Of a stretch of 64,000 nucleotides of DNA, positions 21,608-34,500 are shown in pieces. A program made the translations under genes and the position numbers. Numbering within the stretch: the first letter of the stretch is position 1; each line of letters starts with the position of its first letter. The notes beneath the pieces are model-generated. The model was not told the origin of the DNA. It ran no database searches and saw nothing but the letters and a program-made list of their open reading frames with translations. Origin of the DNA: Oculina patagonica (lineage: Eukaryota); the NCBI RefSeq assembly GCF_052425735.1, contig NC_135769.1, positions 5,704,001 to 5,768,000 on the forward strand, written 5' to 3'.

Positions 21608-22036
21608 TCGGGGGGGGGGGTACTCAAAAAAGTTTTGTACGGGGAGGCTCCGTCCCGAGCTCTTACCCCTTACCCTCCCTTACCCTTTTATATTCCATTT
21701 TGCCAGAAATTGTACCCCTTTCGTATACCGTTTAATGAAAAAAGATACCCCTTTCATATACCTGAAAGTCATGGTATAGACTTAAAACATGACGTTTTCT
21801 TGTCATTTTCAAGTAGCGCTTAATAAATTGAAATAATACAGCAATAAATTGCATCTGCTCGAAATATTTTAATTAAAGGCCCTTTCAAAAACCTAAATGA
21901 CAGATTTCCATACCCTTTCGTATACCTAAACTTGTGAAATCCCTACCCTTTTATATACCTGAAGCCTGAAAAAGGTACCCCTTTCGGACGGAGCCTCCCC
22001 GTATAGGCCATTATAGGGAGTACCCCCCCCCCCCGG
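21608..22036. mobile_element. Non-autonomous TIR element with G-run ends (GGGGGGTACTC...GAGTACCCCCC)
   Basis: Inverted ends including GGGGAGGCTCCGTCC; internal TACCCCTTT repeats; sister copy at about 62757-63153. Confidence 0.75.
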
Positions 22037-22309
22037 CATTCTTCTACATCGTTCTTCCCATTTGGCAGCATTTCTACCATTTAGGGTATACCAAACAACT
22101 ACAGCCAGGAATACTAAACATCTTACAAGAGAATCTACAGCCGCCTTCCTTCCAACACGACATTCCTTGTATCAGTCACTTATTAAAGAAGTCTATTTTG
22201 GGCCGATAAACTTTCAGTGACGAACGTTCGGTACGTTTCTAGTTTTGTTTCCCAAGGCCTGTCACGCAACGCTTTCCTCCTCCCGTCACGGCTGTAAGTC
22301 AGCCAGCCG

Positions 22310-22520
22310 GCCACGTTGGCAAGTTTCTTGGCGGTTTTTCCGTGGTTTTCCCCCCATTCCAACAGAAAGTGATACTCCCTTGCCAACGTGGCAGAAATTA
22401 TCCAATCAAATTACAAAGAACTACCCACGTGTTCAATATTATCCAATCAAATCGCGTTATTCGTCTCTATGGCTGTCACCTACTTCCGTCCCTATTTAGA
22501 CAGCTGCCCCGGGAACATTT
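22310..22520 (+). promoter_or_regulatory. Calumenin-1 proximal promoter: two inverted TTGCCAACGTGGC boxes, two TATCCAATCAAAT boxes, TATA-like CCTATTTAG
   Basis: Motifs at 22310-22322, 22380-22393, 22396-22411, 22438-22452 and about 22488-22499; the same motifs occur in the same order upstream of the paralogue. Confidence 0.7.
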
Positions 22521-22577
22521 GTTTTGTCAAGAGTTTCTGTATCGGAGAATAACAGTTTGCAATCTTGCTGCTGCATA

Positions 22578-25500
22578 ATGGCTAGAGTTTTCTCCATCGT
22601 TTGCATCTGTTTATGCTTGTTGGCCATCGATGCGCGACCTCCAGAAGCCAAGGGCCAGAAGAAAGACCGCGTATACGACAAAGATCTTTCCGAAGAAGAG
22701 CATTTCCCAGGTGATGGTCACGAACAACACAACACAGAATACGATCATGAAGCTTTTCTTGGTGAGGAGAAAAAGAAATTTGACGAGTTGACGCCAGAAG
22801 AATCTAAAGAAAGACTAGGGTAAGTCAAGCGCTCAAGAAATTCCGTCTGGGATTTTTTTTTGCTGCGAGATTTTAATATTTGTATGCACGCAGAAGCGAT
22901 TTTCTGACATTCGGCATAAGCTCACACGTATGATTCGATTTAAAATATTATTTGCGTTCAGTAAGCGCTTATGTTCTATCGATTGCCGGCCGATGCTATT
23001 ATTCAAGAGCACTTAACCATAAACTGCTTTATAAAAGAGTGTGTGGGCGAAGTATTTAACCAGCGATCGAAAATATTCGATTGAAAGCCAACAGCCTGCA
23101 TGTTCAGACATTCGATGCCCAAGGGAGGAAGTATGGCATATGCCACGTTTACACCACACTCAAAGTTCGCATCAGTTAAAATTAGGATGCCTAATCGGTT
23201 GTTTTGGGCATATTGTCGAAGTTATCGTTGCTACATTTCTCTATTATTTGCCAAAAAATTGTCACTTACGCATTTTTATGCAAGTTTCCTTGGAAAGATG
23301 TCTTGGCGATCATTACAATACAAGCATGTTTACCTCAAATAATTGAACCATTGTTCGTTTTGTTCCGCTTTATTATATTCTATTCTTGTTCCTTTATGTA
23401 GTATTGGTAATGAATAATAAATCCATTTATTAATTGTTAAGATTTCTGTAAAACAACATCGCCCGTTGAATATTTTTTACATACTATTTCAGCGAGTTGA
23501 CATTTACGTGGCCAAGAGTGCCACGTGGCACATTAGGACGGAGAGGGGATGGGTGGGGTTGACAATTGACTTATGCTGAGTATCAGCAAAGATGTTGGTA
23601 TACTTCAGCATTCAGCAATAATGACACTATTCTCACTTTTTCCGTTGACTTGTCTCATTTTCTGCAATTTTGAATATAAATTAAGGTAGTTGTAAAAATC
23701 ACAGTGGGGGAAATCCAAATATCTGTCAAATAATTTTATTTATAAAATGTGATGTTTGAGATATTCACAGTTATTATTCCACTATTGTGCCATTTTACCA
23801 TATTAGGGCAAAAGAACGTGCAAAATATGTCACGTTATTACACAGTAGAACAGGGCAAAAATACGTGCGGACAAATTTACGGAATACTGGCCCAAACAAA
23901 GTGGAAAAATTAGTGGAATAATAAATCCCTTATTCGATGGTTTAACATATAATACGAGCTGACATTTTGCTCATTGCTCGTATTTTTCCTCGCCCCTACG
24001 GGGCTCGAAAAATACTACGCAACTCGCAAAATATCCGCGCGTATTATATGTTAAACCATCGAATAAGGTGTATTTATTTACGTTTTATTATACCTGCCAA
24101 CTTTCCTAAGTCAAAAGCATGAGATTGCCATCTCCATATATTTTGAAGATGGTCCACCTATTTCTGGAGATTTCCGAAGATGTTCCGACAACTTCTGAGC
24201 ATTGATGAAGAGTACCAAAGATATTCTGATGATTTTCCAACATTGCTGAAGTGTGTGAAATTGGCGTTTCTGGATATTTTTTGGTTAAAATTAATTTGAG
24301 TTTACATTTATGAGAGTAATAAATCCAAATTTGTCAGTCAGACGCGAGACTAAGTGCATGCATAATGCATGAGAGTTGGCAGGTCTACATTATCTGTGTT
24401 TCCATTCCAATAAGCTGTGCTGTCAGGCAACAACGCGTTTTGCATTGGTTTATTCCCACATTACAAAGGAACTAGTCTTCTAATAATTGTCTTGACTGTT
24501 ATATGCATCTGAGGGCACAATTCCATCAAACAAAAAATCTCTCTTTTGTTCTACACTTTCACTCCAGATGTTTATCGTTAAAAAAGAAATAAGTGCCGTC
24601 CCTGATAAAGGCACCATGTCCAGTAAGCAAGCTGTGAGCTGCTAAATTTTAATAAGCATCTCGGGTGCTAATTGAAATCATTTCCATCGGTAATAAATAT
24701 TTGATTAAGTTTAGTTTAGATTTACATGTACCTTTAAATATTTTTCCTGCAGAAAAATTGTTGATAGAATTGACAAAGACAACAATGGCAAGGTAACACA
24801 GAAGGAGCTGGAAAACTGGATTAAATTTACAGCTAAACGGTATGTCTACGAAGATGTGGACAGACAGTGGGAACAGCTGAAAAAACTAGAAAATGCGCAC
24901 ATGTCTCTTGAGGAACGATATGTTGACAAGAAGAAGGCAGATCCTAAAGAGGCAATCAGCTGGGAGTTGTACAAGAATTTGACATATGGTTATATTACAG
25001 GTCAGTTTAAAGATCTTTTTAACAGTATACAGACCAATTGAGTAATTTTTTGTCATGTATAAGGTTAAGTCTGCATATGAGCCTAGTGGCCCATCAGACT
25101 GGAGAATGATCGAGGTGACTAGAAGTATTGCTACTCCCCTCTGAATGGGATGCTAGTCCATCACAGGGTTAACCCCAGCATTAAATTTGCTGGACCTATT
25201 TGTTTCTCCTTTAATTAAGGTCTCTAAATTTTCCCGTTCGAAAATCCGAAAACGTTCCAAGTTCCAATTGACAAAAGTCCTGAAAAAAACCAACGACAAA
25301 ACAACCACACAAGATTTTTTCTATGGGTTAAGTGCCCTCCCCTAAATCCTGGTACTTCTATTTGAAACTCTTGCTGTAAATATGTCAATCTATCCGCCCC
25401 ACACATTATAACTTCCAGTGAAGTAAATTTTCGGTTCACTCTACAAGAAAATCTCTTTTATAGAAATTGGCTAAAGGAAATTAATCCTAAACACCCATTT

Positions 25501-28500
25501 ATACACCTGGGTGCAGAAAGCAGAAAAGTATTATGAGAGTCAAGTGTCAAGTGCCCTTGCACTTGCAAAGTGCCTTGCATTGACCCCTTGCACATATTTT
25601 TCAGAGGAAGATGAGTTTGACTATAAAGAAATGTTGACGCGGGACAAGCGACGCTGGGCAAAGGCAGATGTGGACAAAGACAATAAAATTACAAAAGAGG
25701 AATACACAGCGTTTCTTCATCCAGAGGAATACGATCACATGAAAGATGTTGTAGTGGACGAGACATTAGAGGACATTGACAAAGATGGTGATGGGTTTGT
25801 CTCTATAGAGGAATACTTAGGTATGTTGTTTGTTTTAATTAAAATTATGTGATTTTGTGTAGTGTTTATTTTTAAGAAATCAAGGGTGATAAATTACAGC
25901 TATGCATATAGACACTTGACTATTAGGTGTGGATTTGGTATGCAACACCTGACATGTGCAGTATGCACAAAAGTTTGATGTAAGGGTGCTGAGAAAAATA
26001 CTTTCTGGGCTAACTCCATAGGGAGCATAAGTTGATGACAGGCATTGCTCGCTCTTGTGCCCAATGCTTTTGTTCAACCCTCTTGCCTTAACAGCAGCTG
26101 TCTGCTAAGCAGGCTACCCCTCAAGCACGTTTGAGCTGTAACCAGACCTTTGACATAGACGAGGCAAGATCAGATGCAAGATCTTGCTAGGAGGTTCTGG
26201 AGACATGCACTCCAGAAAATTTATAAATCTAGAAGCTCTGAAACTCTTTCCTTAACATTTTTCAAGAGGTATTTCTTGCAAAAAAAGTACTCTTGTTCAA
26301 CTGGGGATTTTTTTCCCAACTAAATATGTTTTGTTGTCAATTTTTGGGTAAAATCTAGAAGAGGCAAGTGCCTTGTCTTGCCTCTTGCTAATTACGGCCC
26401 TGGTTTGAGCCTTTGTGTGCTTGAATGAATGTCTTTCTCATTGGCCTTTCTTTTTCTGCTGACTGAAAACTGATAGGCAAATGGTGAGAAAAATCCACTT
26501 ACTATAGCCTAGCCTGACAGGGGAATCCACTCCTGACCACTGGATCACACAGGACATTTGCATGTTGGTTTTGCTATAACTTGTACATTCACTCTCACCT
26601 TCTGTTGGAAAATCCCAATTACAGACACCCATTGTGATGGGCATACAGTAGCTTAAGTCCTTGGCTTGTAAAATTTCAGACACCGCAGATTTGTTGTCCC
26701 AAAGGTGTCCATTTGTATAAATGAAAGTTAACCTGGCCTTGTTTAATAGTCAGCAAAGTCCAATGAACCCTTGGCACTGAAGTGTTTAAATCTTCTTCAG
26801 AGACCTGGACTGCAGTGCTCTTTTATGGCCCTGGCAAATCTTGATGCTTTCAATATGTAAATGCTTATCATTCCATATTCAGGTGACCTATATCCTGAAA
26901 GTGAAAAAGAAAAAGACCAGGAAGAGCCTGAGTGGGTTAAGACTGAAAGAGAACATTTTCAAGAGTTTCGTGACAAAAATAAAGATGGAAAAATGGATAG
27001 GGTATGTGACAATTATTTTGTGTTTACTTGCATATATTTTGCTTTGTTAGTATAAAAAATCCCCTCCCTTGCAATTTCCTTCTTTCTTGCCTATGCTGGA
27101 CATCCTTACAAGGAACTCCAAACATTCACTAGCCTGAATCCTATTTTTTTGTCTCAGGATTAATGAGCTACAAGTAAGACAACTACACAGCTAATTAAAA
27201 ACATTTCCCAACTTATGTAGCATGTAATAACTGAAGTGTAGTTTCGCTCTGGAACAGGTTTTGGACCCCCAATAATTAACCCCACAGCATTTTGTTAGGT
27301 TGCCCTAACTCTTTGCCAATTTATTACCTTATTATAGGAAATTAAAGCTTGTGTAAATTAAGGTATTGGAAGTTAACGCGAGTTGAAGAAAAAATTACTT
27401 CCCAGTAAAGGAAATTAACGCGAAAGAGGGGGTAACATTTCAAAATGAAGGAAATTAACGCGATGAACAGAAAGAAAAAAACTTGTTAAGACAGCAGTAA
27501 CAAGTTTATTTCAACACTAGGCGTATAATCTTAAACAAAGGGGTTAAGCGAAGGAATCTAATCCCCTCGAGCGTTCTTCAGTTTCAGTGATACAGGCAGA
27601 TTTCTACACTGTGAAATAATGCCTTTTCCATGGGGTCAAGAACGTCTGGGCTATATCGAGAAATTGGGGCCAAAATAATGGAAATTAAGGTCATGGAAAT
27701 TAACGCTCCACCTAATTAATGGCGTGGAAATTAACGTTAACAAAAATTAACGTGACTTAAATTAACACGAATTTTTGAAATTCGCGTTAATTTCATGAAG
27801 CGTTAATTTCCTATAATAAGGTAATTCGTATGTGCTCCCTGCCACACTTCACGTCCATTTTCATGCGTCGCGCTCTGGTCGCATGAGCTCAACTTGCAGG
27901 CAAGTCTAGAATTCATACATCTGGGTGGGGAAAGGTACTGTGAAAGAAAAGTGTTTTGCCAAATAACAAACACAGTACAATAATCCCACTGAGTCTGGAG
28001 TGCATGATCTGGAGCTTGTGCAATCTTCTAACCATTAACCCCACTTTGCTGCCCACTACGGCTTTATATACCTTATTGTTACTTATTTTCGCGGGACTTA
28101 ATTTTCGCGATTTTCAAAAACTCGCGAAATTAAAGACCCGCGAAAAAAGGTTCTCGCGAAAAATAACGACGCGAACTTTTATACCCTTCTATATAGTTCG
28201 TTACAATTAATCAACGTTACTGTCAGTTTACTACAGAATTATCTTGATACAGTCGTCAAACTTGCTCTTCTTTGTTACAAAGGAACAAGTCAAACTGTTT
28301 TAAGTTTCGTTTTGTTATATTGTTTTTTTCAGTGTCATTGGAAACTATTGCTTTGGAAAATTAAAATCGGTTGTGCCAAATTTTTAAGACTTACTGTTTG
28401 TTAATGCAGACCAGTATTTTGACAATTTTCGCGAAATTTAGTTCCTTTAAACATATTTTTTTGGCCAAATCGCAAAATTCAAGTCCCGCGAAATATGCCC

Positions 28501-29515
28501 GGTCCATTTTCGCGAAATTAAGTACCCGCGAAAATAAGTAACAATAAGGTAACTGACTTGATTTTAATGAAATATAACCTGGTTTTGACAGGATGAAGTC
28601 AAGGACTGGATCATTCCTCCTGACTATGATCATGTTGAAGCAGAAGCTAAACATCTTATTCGTGAAGCAGATAAAGATGGGGTAAGATAAATTTGTTTAT
28701 AAATTTTATTACATTCACTACTCAGTACTGTCACAAGATTCATGCTATAACTGTAGTAATTATTATTTTTACTGACACTTTTGGAAGAACCATGTAATTT
28801 ATCACGGCTTAGGGTTCTCTGGGAGTTTTGAAGAATAGGGAAATAATTGAGTGGACATCTTGGTTTTATTGAAAATTTAGGGTTGTGAGGGAACCAATTG
28901 GTGGATCTTGCAGAGAGTTTGACCTTGCAGTACTTTTAGCGGCAGATCCATGGGTGGGCCTAATCTTACTACAATTTACGGGGTGGGGAAGGGGGACAGG
29001 TGTCTCTAAAATTGGCTGTTTTCATGCTAGAGACGATAATGTCGTCTGGTATAAAAACGGGACGCATTTAGTAGACAGCTTTTCAGAAAAAAAAAATAAA
29101 AAAAGACTGGGTTCGACACTCGGAGGACACTGGACACGAAGACGTAAAGCCATCAGACGTTAAAGGCATCTGTCTTATTTACTGTTTTTATACTTTTTAA
29201 CGGCCTCCTGTTTTTATAAAAGCGTCATTCCGCTCTTAAGAGAAGACGTTAAAGCCATCAGACGTTAAAGGTGTCTGTCTTATTTACCGTTTTTATACTA
29301 GACGTTTATGTCGTCTCAAGACAGCTTTAACGTCTACGACGGCTTTAACGTCTCTAGCATAAAAACTGCCATTGTCTGCTCTTCTGGCCTTATTTTAAAG
29401 TAGTTTTTGTCTGTGTTGCCATGGTTACCCAAGGGTTGGTACTGGAACATTCTGTCACTGGGACACTAATCTTCTTGCCATGTTGTAATCTAAATATTTT
29501 TTATTTAAATTGTCT

Positions 29516-29546
<31 letters not shown>

Positions 29547-29665
29547 TTTTGTCCTTCCAGGATCAAGAGCTCACAAAAGAAGAAATTCTAGAAAAGCACG
29601 ATGTCTTTGTTGGTAGCCAAGCAACAGACTTTGGAGAGGCCCTGACAAGACATGATGAATTTTAG
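22578..29665 (+). CDS. CALU: Calumenin (CREC family, secretory-pathway EF-hand protein), copy 1, 339 aa
   Basis: Exons 22578-22819, 24753-25000, 25605-25820, 26883-27001, 28592-28681, 29561-29665. Signal peptide, [21 protein letters not shown]-hand loops ([32 protein letters not shown]), [16 protein letters not shown] and C-terminal HDEF. Confidence 0.95.
23927..24068. mobile_element. Short MITE (CCTTATTCGATGGTTTAACATATAATACG TIR) in CALU-1 intron 1
   Basis: About 29-bp perfect inverted ends; abuts another inverted-repeat element at about 23771-23923 (TTATTATTCCACTA). Confidence 0.7.
27327..27821. mobile_element. TA-flanked MITE (CCTTATTATAGGAAATTAA TIR)
   Basis: TIRs, TA TSD and subterminal AAATTAACG repeats; CALU-1 intron 4. 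Confidence 0.82.
28071..28549. mobile_element. TA-flanked MITE (CCTTATTGTTACTTATTTTCGCGGG TIR)
   Basis: 25-bp perfect TIRs, TA TSD and TTCGCGAAA repeats; CALU-1 intron 4. Confidence 0.82.
29014..29370. mobile_element. PIF/Harbinger-like MITE (GGC...GCC, 3-bp TSD ATT)
   Basis: TIR GGCTGTTTTCATGCTAGAGACG / CGTCTCTAGCATAAAAACTGCC; ATT on both sides; internal direct repeat. Confidence 0.7.
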
Positions 29666-30871
29666 AACATCCATGAGATTTAATTTATATATGTAATTTA
29701 GGTTTCTAAAATAGTTATCAAAGATATATTTTTACATATAAAAAAACTAGCATATGCCACTGCATAGCTAGCCTGGGAATGCAGACAGATTCTGCCTGTT
29801 GTCTCACTCCACTGAAAGGGGCACTGGTGAATGGTGCTTTAAAACATGCGTGTCTCGCAAAATTTAGCCAAATTTCAGGAGTCTTGTCATCTCAAATTTT
29901 TCTGTGACGCCTTCTCGGCTAAAAAGGTCTGAGGCTCTCAGAAAAGATATCAGTCTTGCCGTCTCGCATATACCATCCAACACCCCTACTGAAAAATACT
30001 TTTTGGTGGCATAAAATGACAGGTGAAAATCCTTCTTTGTTCTCAGGCTACAACATGGTACTTTTTGTTTAAAAAAAAGTTTCTAGAAAGAAAAATTAAG
30101 AACAAAGAATGGTTATGTTCTGTTTAAGATTCCTTACTTCAAGGGATTAGTCCATGCTGTTTTTGGCAGAATGTCAGTCATACAAACTGATCTTCAAATA
30201 ACATGCAACAGAAATCAAGTGCTATTTATGTCAATAAAACTTGTCTAGTCTAAAATGCTCAGAAATCCATGATTTTTGATTTGTTTTTTTAAATTTGTAC
30301 AGAAATTGTCAATGAATGAATAATATTATTTCAATCCTGTTCTTAAAATTTGTAGCTCCTAAATGAGGAACACAGGAACAAATTGCCAAAAAGAGCGTGA
30401 TTTGGTCTCTTTGAGGATAGTTTATACATTTATAATATAAAGAAAAAAAGTAAAGTTCAATCTTGAAATAGTTGAGAACTTTTTCAATTAAAAGGAATGT
30501 AGCAAGTCTAAAATTATTGTTGCCTTTTTGCCCAACAAAAGGGGACTGTCAATGGTCCCTCCAAAAATATACGTCTTGCAAAATTTTCATCGAGTTTTGT
30601 GGATGTCACCATCTTGAATGTTTCCATGAGGCCATCAATGAGTCTCAATTTTTTTGTAAGAATAAGAAATATTTTTTGTTTTCAGAACAAGATATTAGTC
30701 TTGGCGTCTTGCAAAGTCTTGAAATTGGCATTCACCACTCCTTAAAGAGTTTAGTGTTTGGCAAATTATTCTATTTCCAGTAATGTTCAATGATTTAAGT
30801 TCCTAGAAATTATAAATTAGTTTTCCATTTATATCAAGAAAACCTTGTTTATAAGTTAGGATATCACTATA

Positions 30872-31257
30872 TGTTACACAGCCCAAGTGCTATGTAGTGA
30901 TTCAAAGTCAAATTTAACGTCAAAAACTCAGAACTTTTAATACATAATACGATCCAGGTTTCAAGATTACACTCTAACAATCCAGGTTCAGTTCAGGCAT
31001 ACCAACTATAGTTCAGGTTTTCTACAAATACAAATATGAACTAGTAAACATAGGAAACGAATCGAAGTACATGTAGGTACATTTTGCAAATAATATGACT
31101 CTTACCGACTGTTTCGTTAGGTCCAAAATGTTCAACAAGGTAAAGAAATAAAAACAACATGGCGAATCCAAGCGAGAACAACGCACATGGTTGGTCACGT
31201 GATGCAAATTCGTGACGTCATATAGGTCCGCACAACGTGCACGCAATGGTAGCTACA
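30872..31257 (-). repeat. 3' LTR (386 bp)
   Basis: Identical by eye to 38226-38611 except C31219 versus A38573. Confidence 0.96.
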
Positions 31258-31547
31258 TGTACACCGGCCCCTAAATGAACATTCTAGAAATAGTTTCATT
31301 TACACCATACTTATCAGCTAACGTTGCGAACTTAAACATCCTTATTTTAGGTAAATACACAGTTCTTTGTTCGTCAATAAAACACAACTTTAAATGTCAT
31401 TAAGTGGTGTCCACTCGTTGTTGTCCACTCGTGATTGACAGGATGAGTATACAAAGTTTGATCCATGTTAACCGCAACTTTACAATGTCCAGCATACATG
31501 TCAAATGCATCATACTTGAAGGAAATGTTCCTGACAGTACAAATTGC

Positions 31548-34500
31548 TTAAGGACTTGACATTTCAAGGCGACACAACTTGGTGATTGGTCGGGTAAGAA
31601 CAGTTCTCGTCACTTTGATTTCTCTTTCTCGTCGACGCTTTGCACGAGTCACAACAGTGCAACTTGTTAGCACCTTTGCAGAACGCACATATCCATCTTC
31701 ACTCTCAAACACTTCCACAACTCGGGCTAATGGCCACTGACCTCTTGGGTAATTCTCATCTGCCAGAAGAACGAGTTCACCAACCTTAAGGTTCTCTCTC
31801 GGTTCATTCCACTTCTTTCGTTCTTGGAGGGTAGGAAGATATTCCTTGATCCACCGTTTCCAGAATACACTTGCTAAGTACTGCGCTTGTCTCCACTGTC
31901 GTCTACAATGCAAATCCTCCTTCTCAAAGATTCCAGGGGGCAAACTGGCACATGGTCGCAGCTGCAACAGATGATTTGGTGTAAGGGGTTCTTCATCCAT
32001 TGGGTCATCACTATTTCGTGTTAACGGCCTACTGTTTAGAATGTTAGTTGCTTCTGTTAGAACAGTCGACAAGACTTCATCGCATACCACCTGTTCTTTC
32101 AAAAGAGCCTTCAGGATTTGGCGTACAGACCTTATCATTCTCTCCCATGATCCCCCCATGTGACTTGCTGCAGGAGGGTTAAAGATCCATTCGATACCTC
32201 TTTGCGCACAAAACCCACTGATTGTTTGCTGATTCCACTCGTTAACAGCATCCTTAAGCTCCTTATCTGCTTTGGTAAAATTTGTGCCACAGTCACTGCG
32301 AATCTCTTTCGGGTATCCTCGGAGGTTAATGAATCTCCTCAGTGCATTGATCATGGAATCTGTATTCAGGCTATGTGCAACTTCCAAGTGTATAGCACGG
32401 ACAGTTAAGCATGTGAATAGGCAACCCCAACGTTTAACTCGACTTCTTCCTTGCTTCACCTCTATAGGCCCAAAATAGTCCACACCAACATATGTGAAGG
32501 GAGGTTCATGTGGAGTAATTCTGTCTTCGGGCAACTTTGCCATAAACTGCTCTCCAGTGGGCGCTTTCCTTCTCTGGCAATCAAGACACTTCTTTAACAC
32601 ACGACGCACTGCAGAACGTCCCTTTACAACCCAGAACCTTTCCCTCAGGGACGTCAGAACGGATTCTTGACCGAGGTGGCCAACCTTAATGTGATGATAC
32701 TGGATAATCAGTTCTGTGACATGGTGGTGACTGGGAAGGATAAATGGATGCTTCAAATCTTCATCTATTGGAGCACACTCCAGTCTTCCACCAACTGACA
32801 ACAACCCATTTCTCAACTTCGGATTCAACTTGAAAATCGAGGATCCCTCTTTCTTTATGACCCTCTTGATCTGTCGTTCACTTGAACCAGACGACATGTT
32901 GACGAGTGCCTTATACACATTTGGGAATGCCGACTTCTGCACCCGTCGAATTACTTCTTCTTCAGCCTTCTGAAGCTCAACGACTGTTAGGTTTCCAATT
33001 CTTACTTCTGGTTTGCCAGAAGGACAGCCATCATTAAGGGTAGCATCTTTCTTCTTACAAACTTTGCTTCGTATAAACTGCTTGTAGCGTAACAGCCAAG
33101 CGAATGCTCTCTTCAGTTTCCACCAGGAAGAGTAGTGATGTATCAAGCTGTCAAATGGATCTTGTGCTACACTGGTAGCATAAATTCGACTTTCCTTTCT
33201 TACTTCAGCATCACTGTCCTTTAGCTCAGGTACTTCAATCATTGAAGGCCAGCAGTTTTCTTCTTTCCAGAGGAATGCAGGGCCATTCAACCACCGACTA
33301 TTCCTTGTCATGTCATCAAGCCTTAACCCTTTTGATGCATCATCTGCTGGATTGTCGTCTCGGTTGACATATCTCCAGTCTGAAACGGATGATCCACTGC
33401 GAATGGCCGTGAGGCGATTTGACTCGAAGGTGTGGAACCGTTTAGAGTCATTGTTAAGGCATTTCAGCACTGTAGTAGAGTCAGTCCAATAATTCACTCG
33501 ATCCACTTCAATTTCCAACTCTTCTCTGATTATTCCACTCAACTTAACAGAAATAACCGCGGCAGTTAACTCTAATCTCGGTATCGTTATTTCGTGAATG
33601 GGAGCCAATCGGGCTTTCCCCATAACAAAGCTGCAATGGATTTGGTCAAAGACATCAACAAGGCGTAAATAGGCTACTGCTCCGTACCCCACACGCGATC
33701 CATCTGAGAAAATGTGCAGCTGAACATTCTTAATTTCGCCAAAATGCTTTGGTTTGAAGCATCGGTCAACTTGGACTTCTTCCAACTTCAAAAGATCCTC
33801 CAGCCAATGAGACCACTGAACTTTGTCTTGTTCTTCTATCTCAGTATCCCAGCTCAACTTCCTCCGGCAGAGGTCTTGTAGTAAAAGTTTTCCTTTCATA
33901 ACATAAGGGGCAATGAATCCTAACGGGTCAAACAACGAACTCACAAGTGAAAGGATACCACGTCTCGTCATTGGCTTTACCTTGGCCAGAGTCTGAACTT
34001 TGGTTGACACATCCCAGACAAACTTGTCAGCTTCTATATTCCACTTCAATCCAAGGGCACATGCAGTTGGCAAGTCTTCTATGTCTAGGTTAACTACAGA
34101 ACTTGCTCTCTCACACTCAGGAATCTCAACCAGTACATCTCTGTCATTGCTAAGCCACTTGGTTAACCTAAACCCTCCTTTCTTCAGTAGCTCTCGTAAC
34201 TGTGTTGACAACTTTATTGCGGTTTCAGGAGAAGAAACAGATTTCATCAGGTCGTCAACGTACATGTTTCTCATCACAGTCTGAATTGTTTCAGGGTCAA
34301 ACCCTTCCAGGTATGTCGACGCTGTCTTCTGTAGGCAGAAGTTGGCACAACTAGGCGAGGAGGTTGCACCAAACAGGTGTTTCACCATGCGGTATTCTTC
34401 TGGTTCTTTCTCCAGGTCCCCATCAGGCCACCAAAGAAACCTCAACACATTGTTATCTTCGGGGTCAACATAGACTTGGTGGAACATAGCTTCTATATCG

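Noticed and set aside
22402-22430. Canonical ERSE
   Set aside because: CCAAT-to-CCACG spacing is 18 nt, not 9; reported only as a non-canonical motif cluster.
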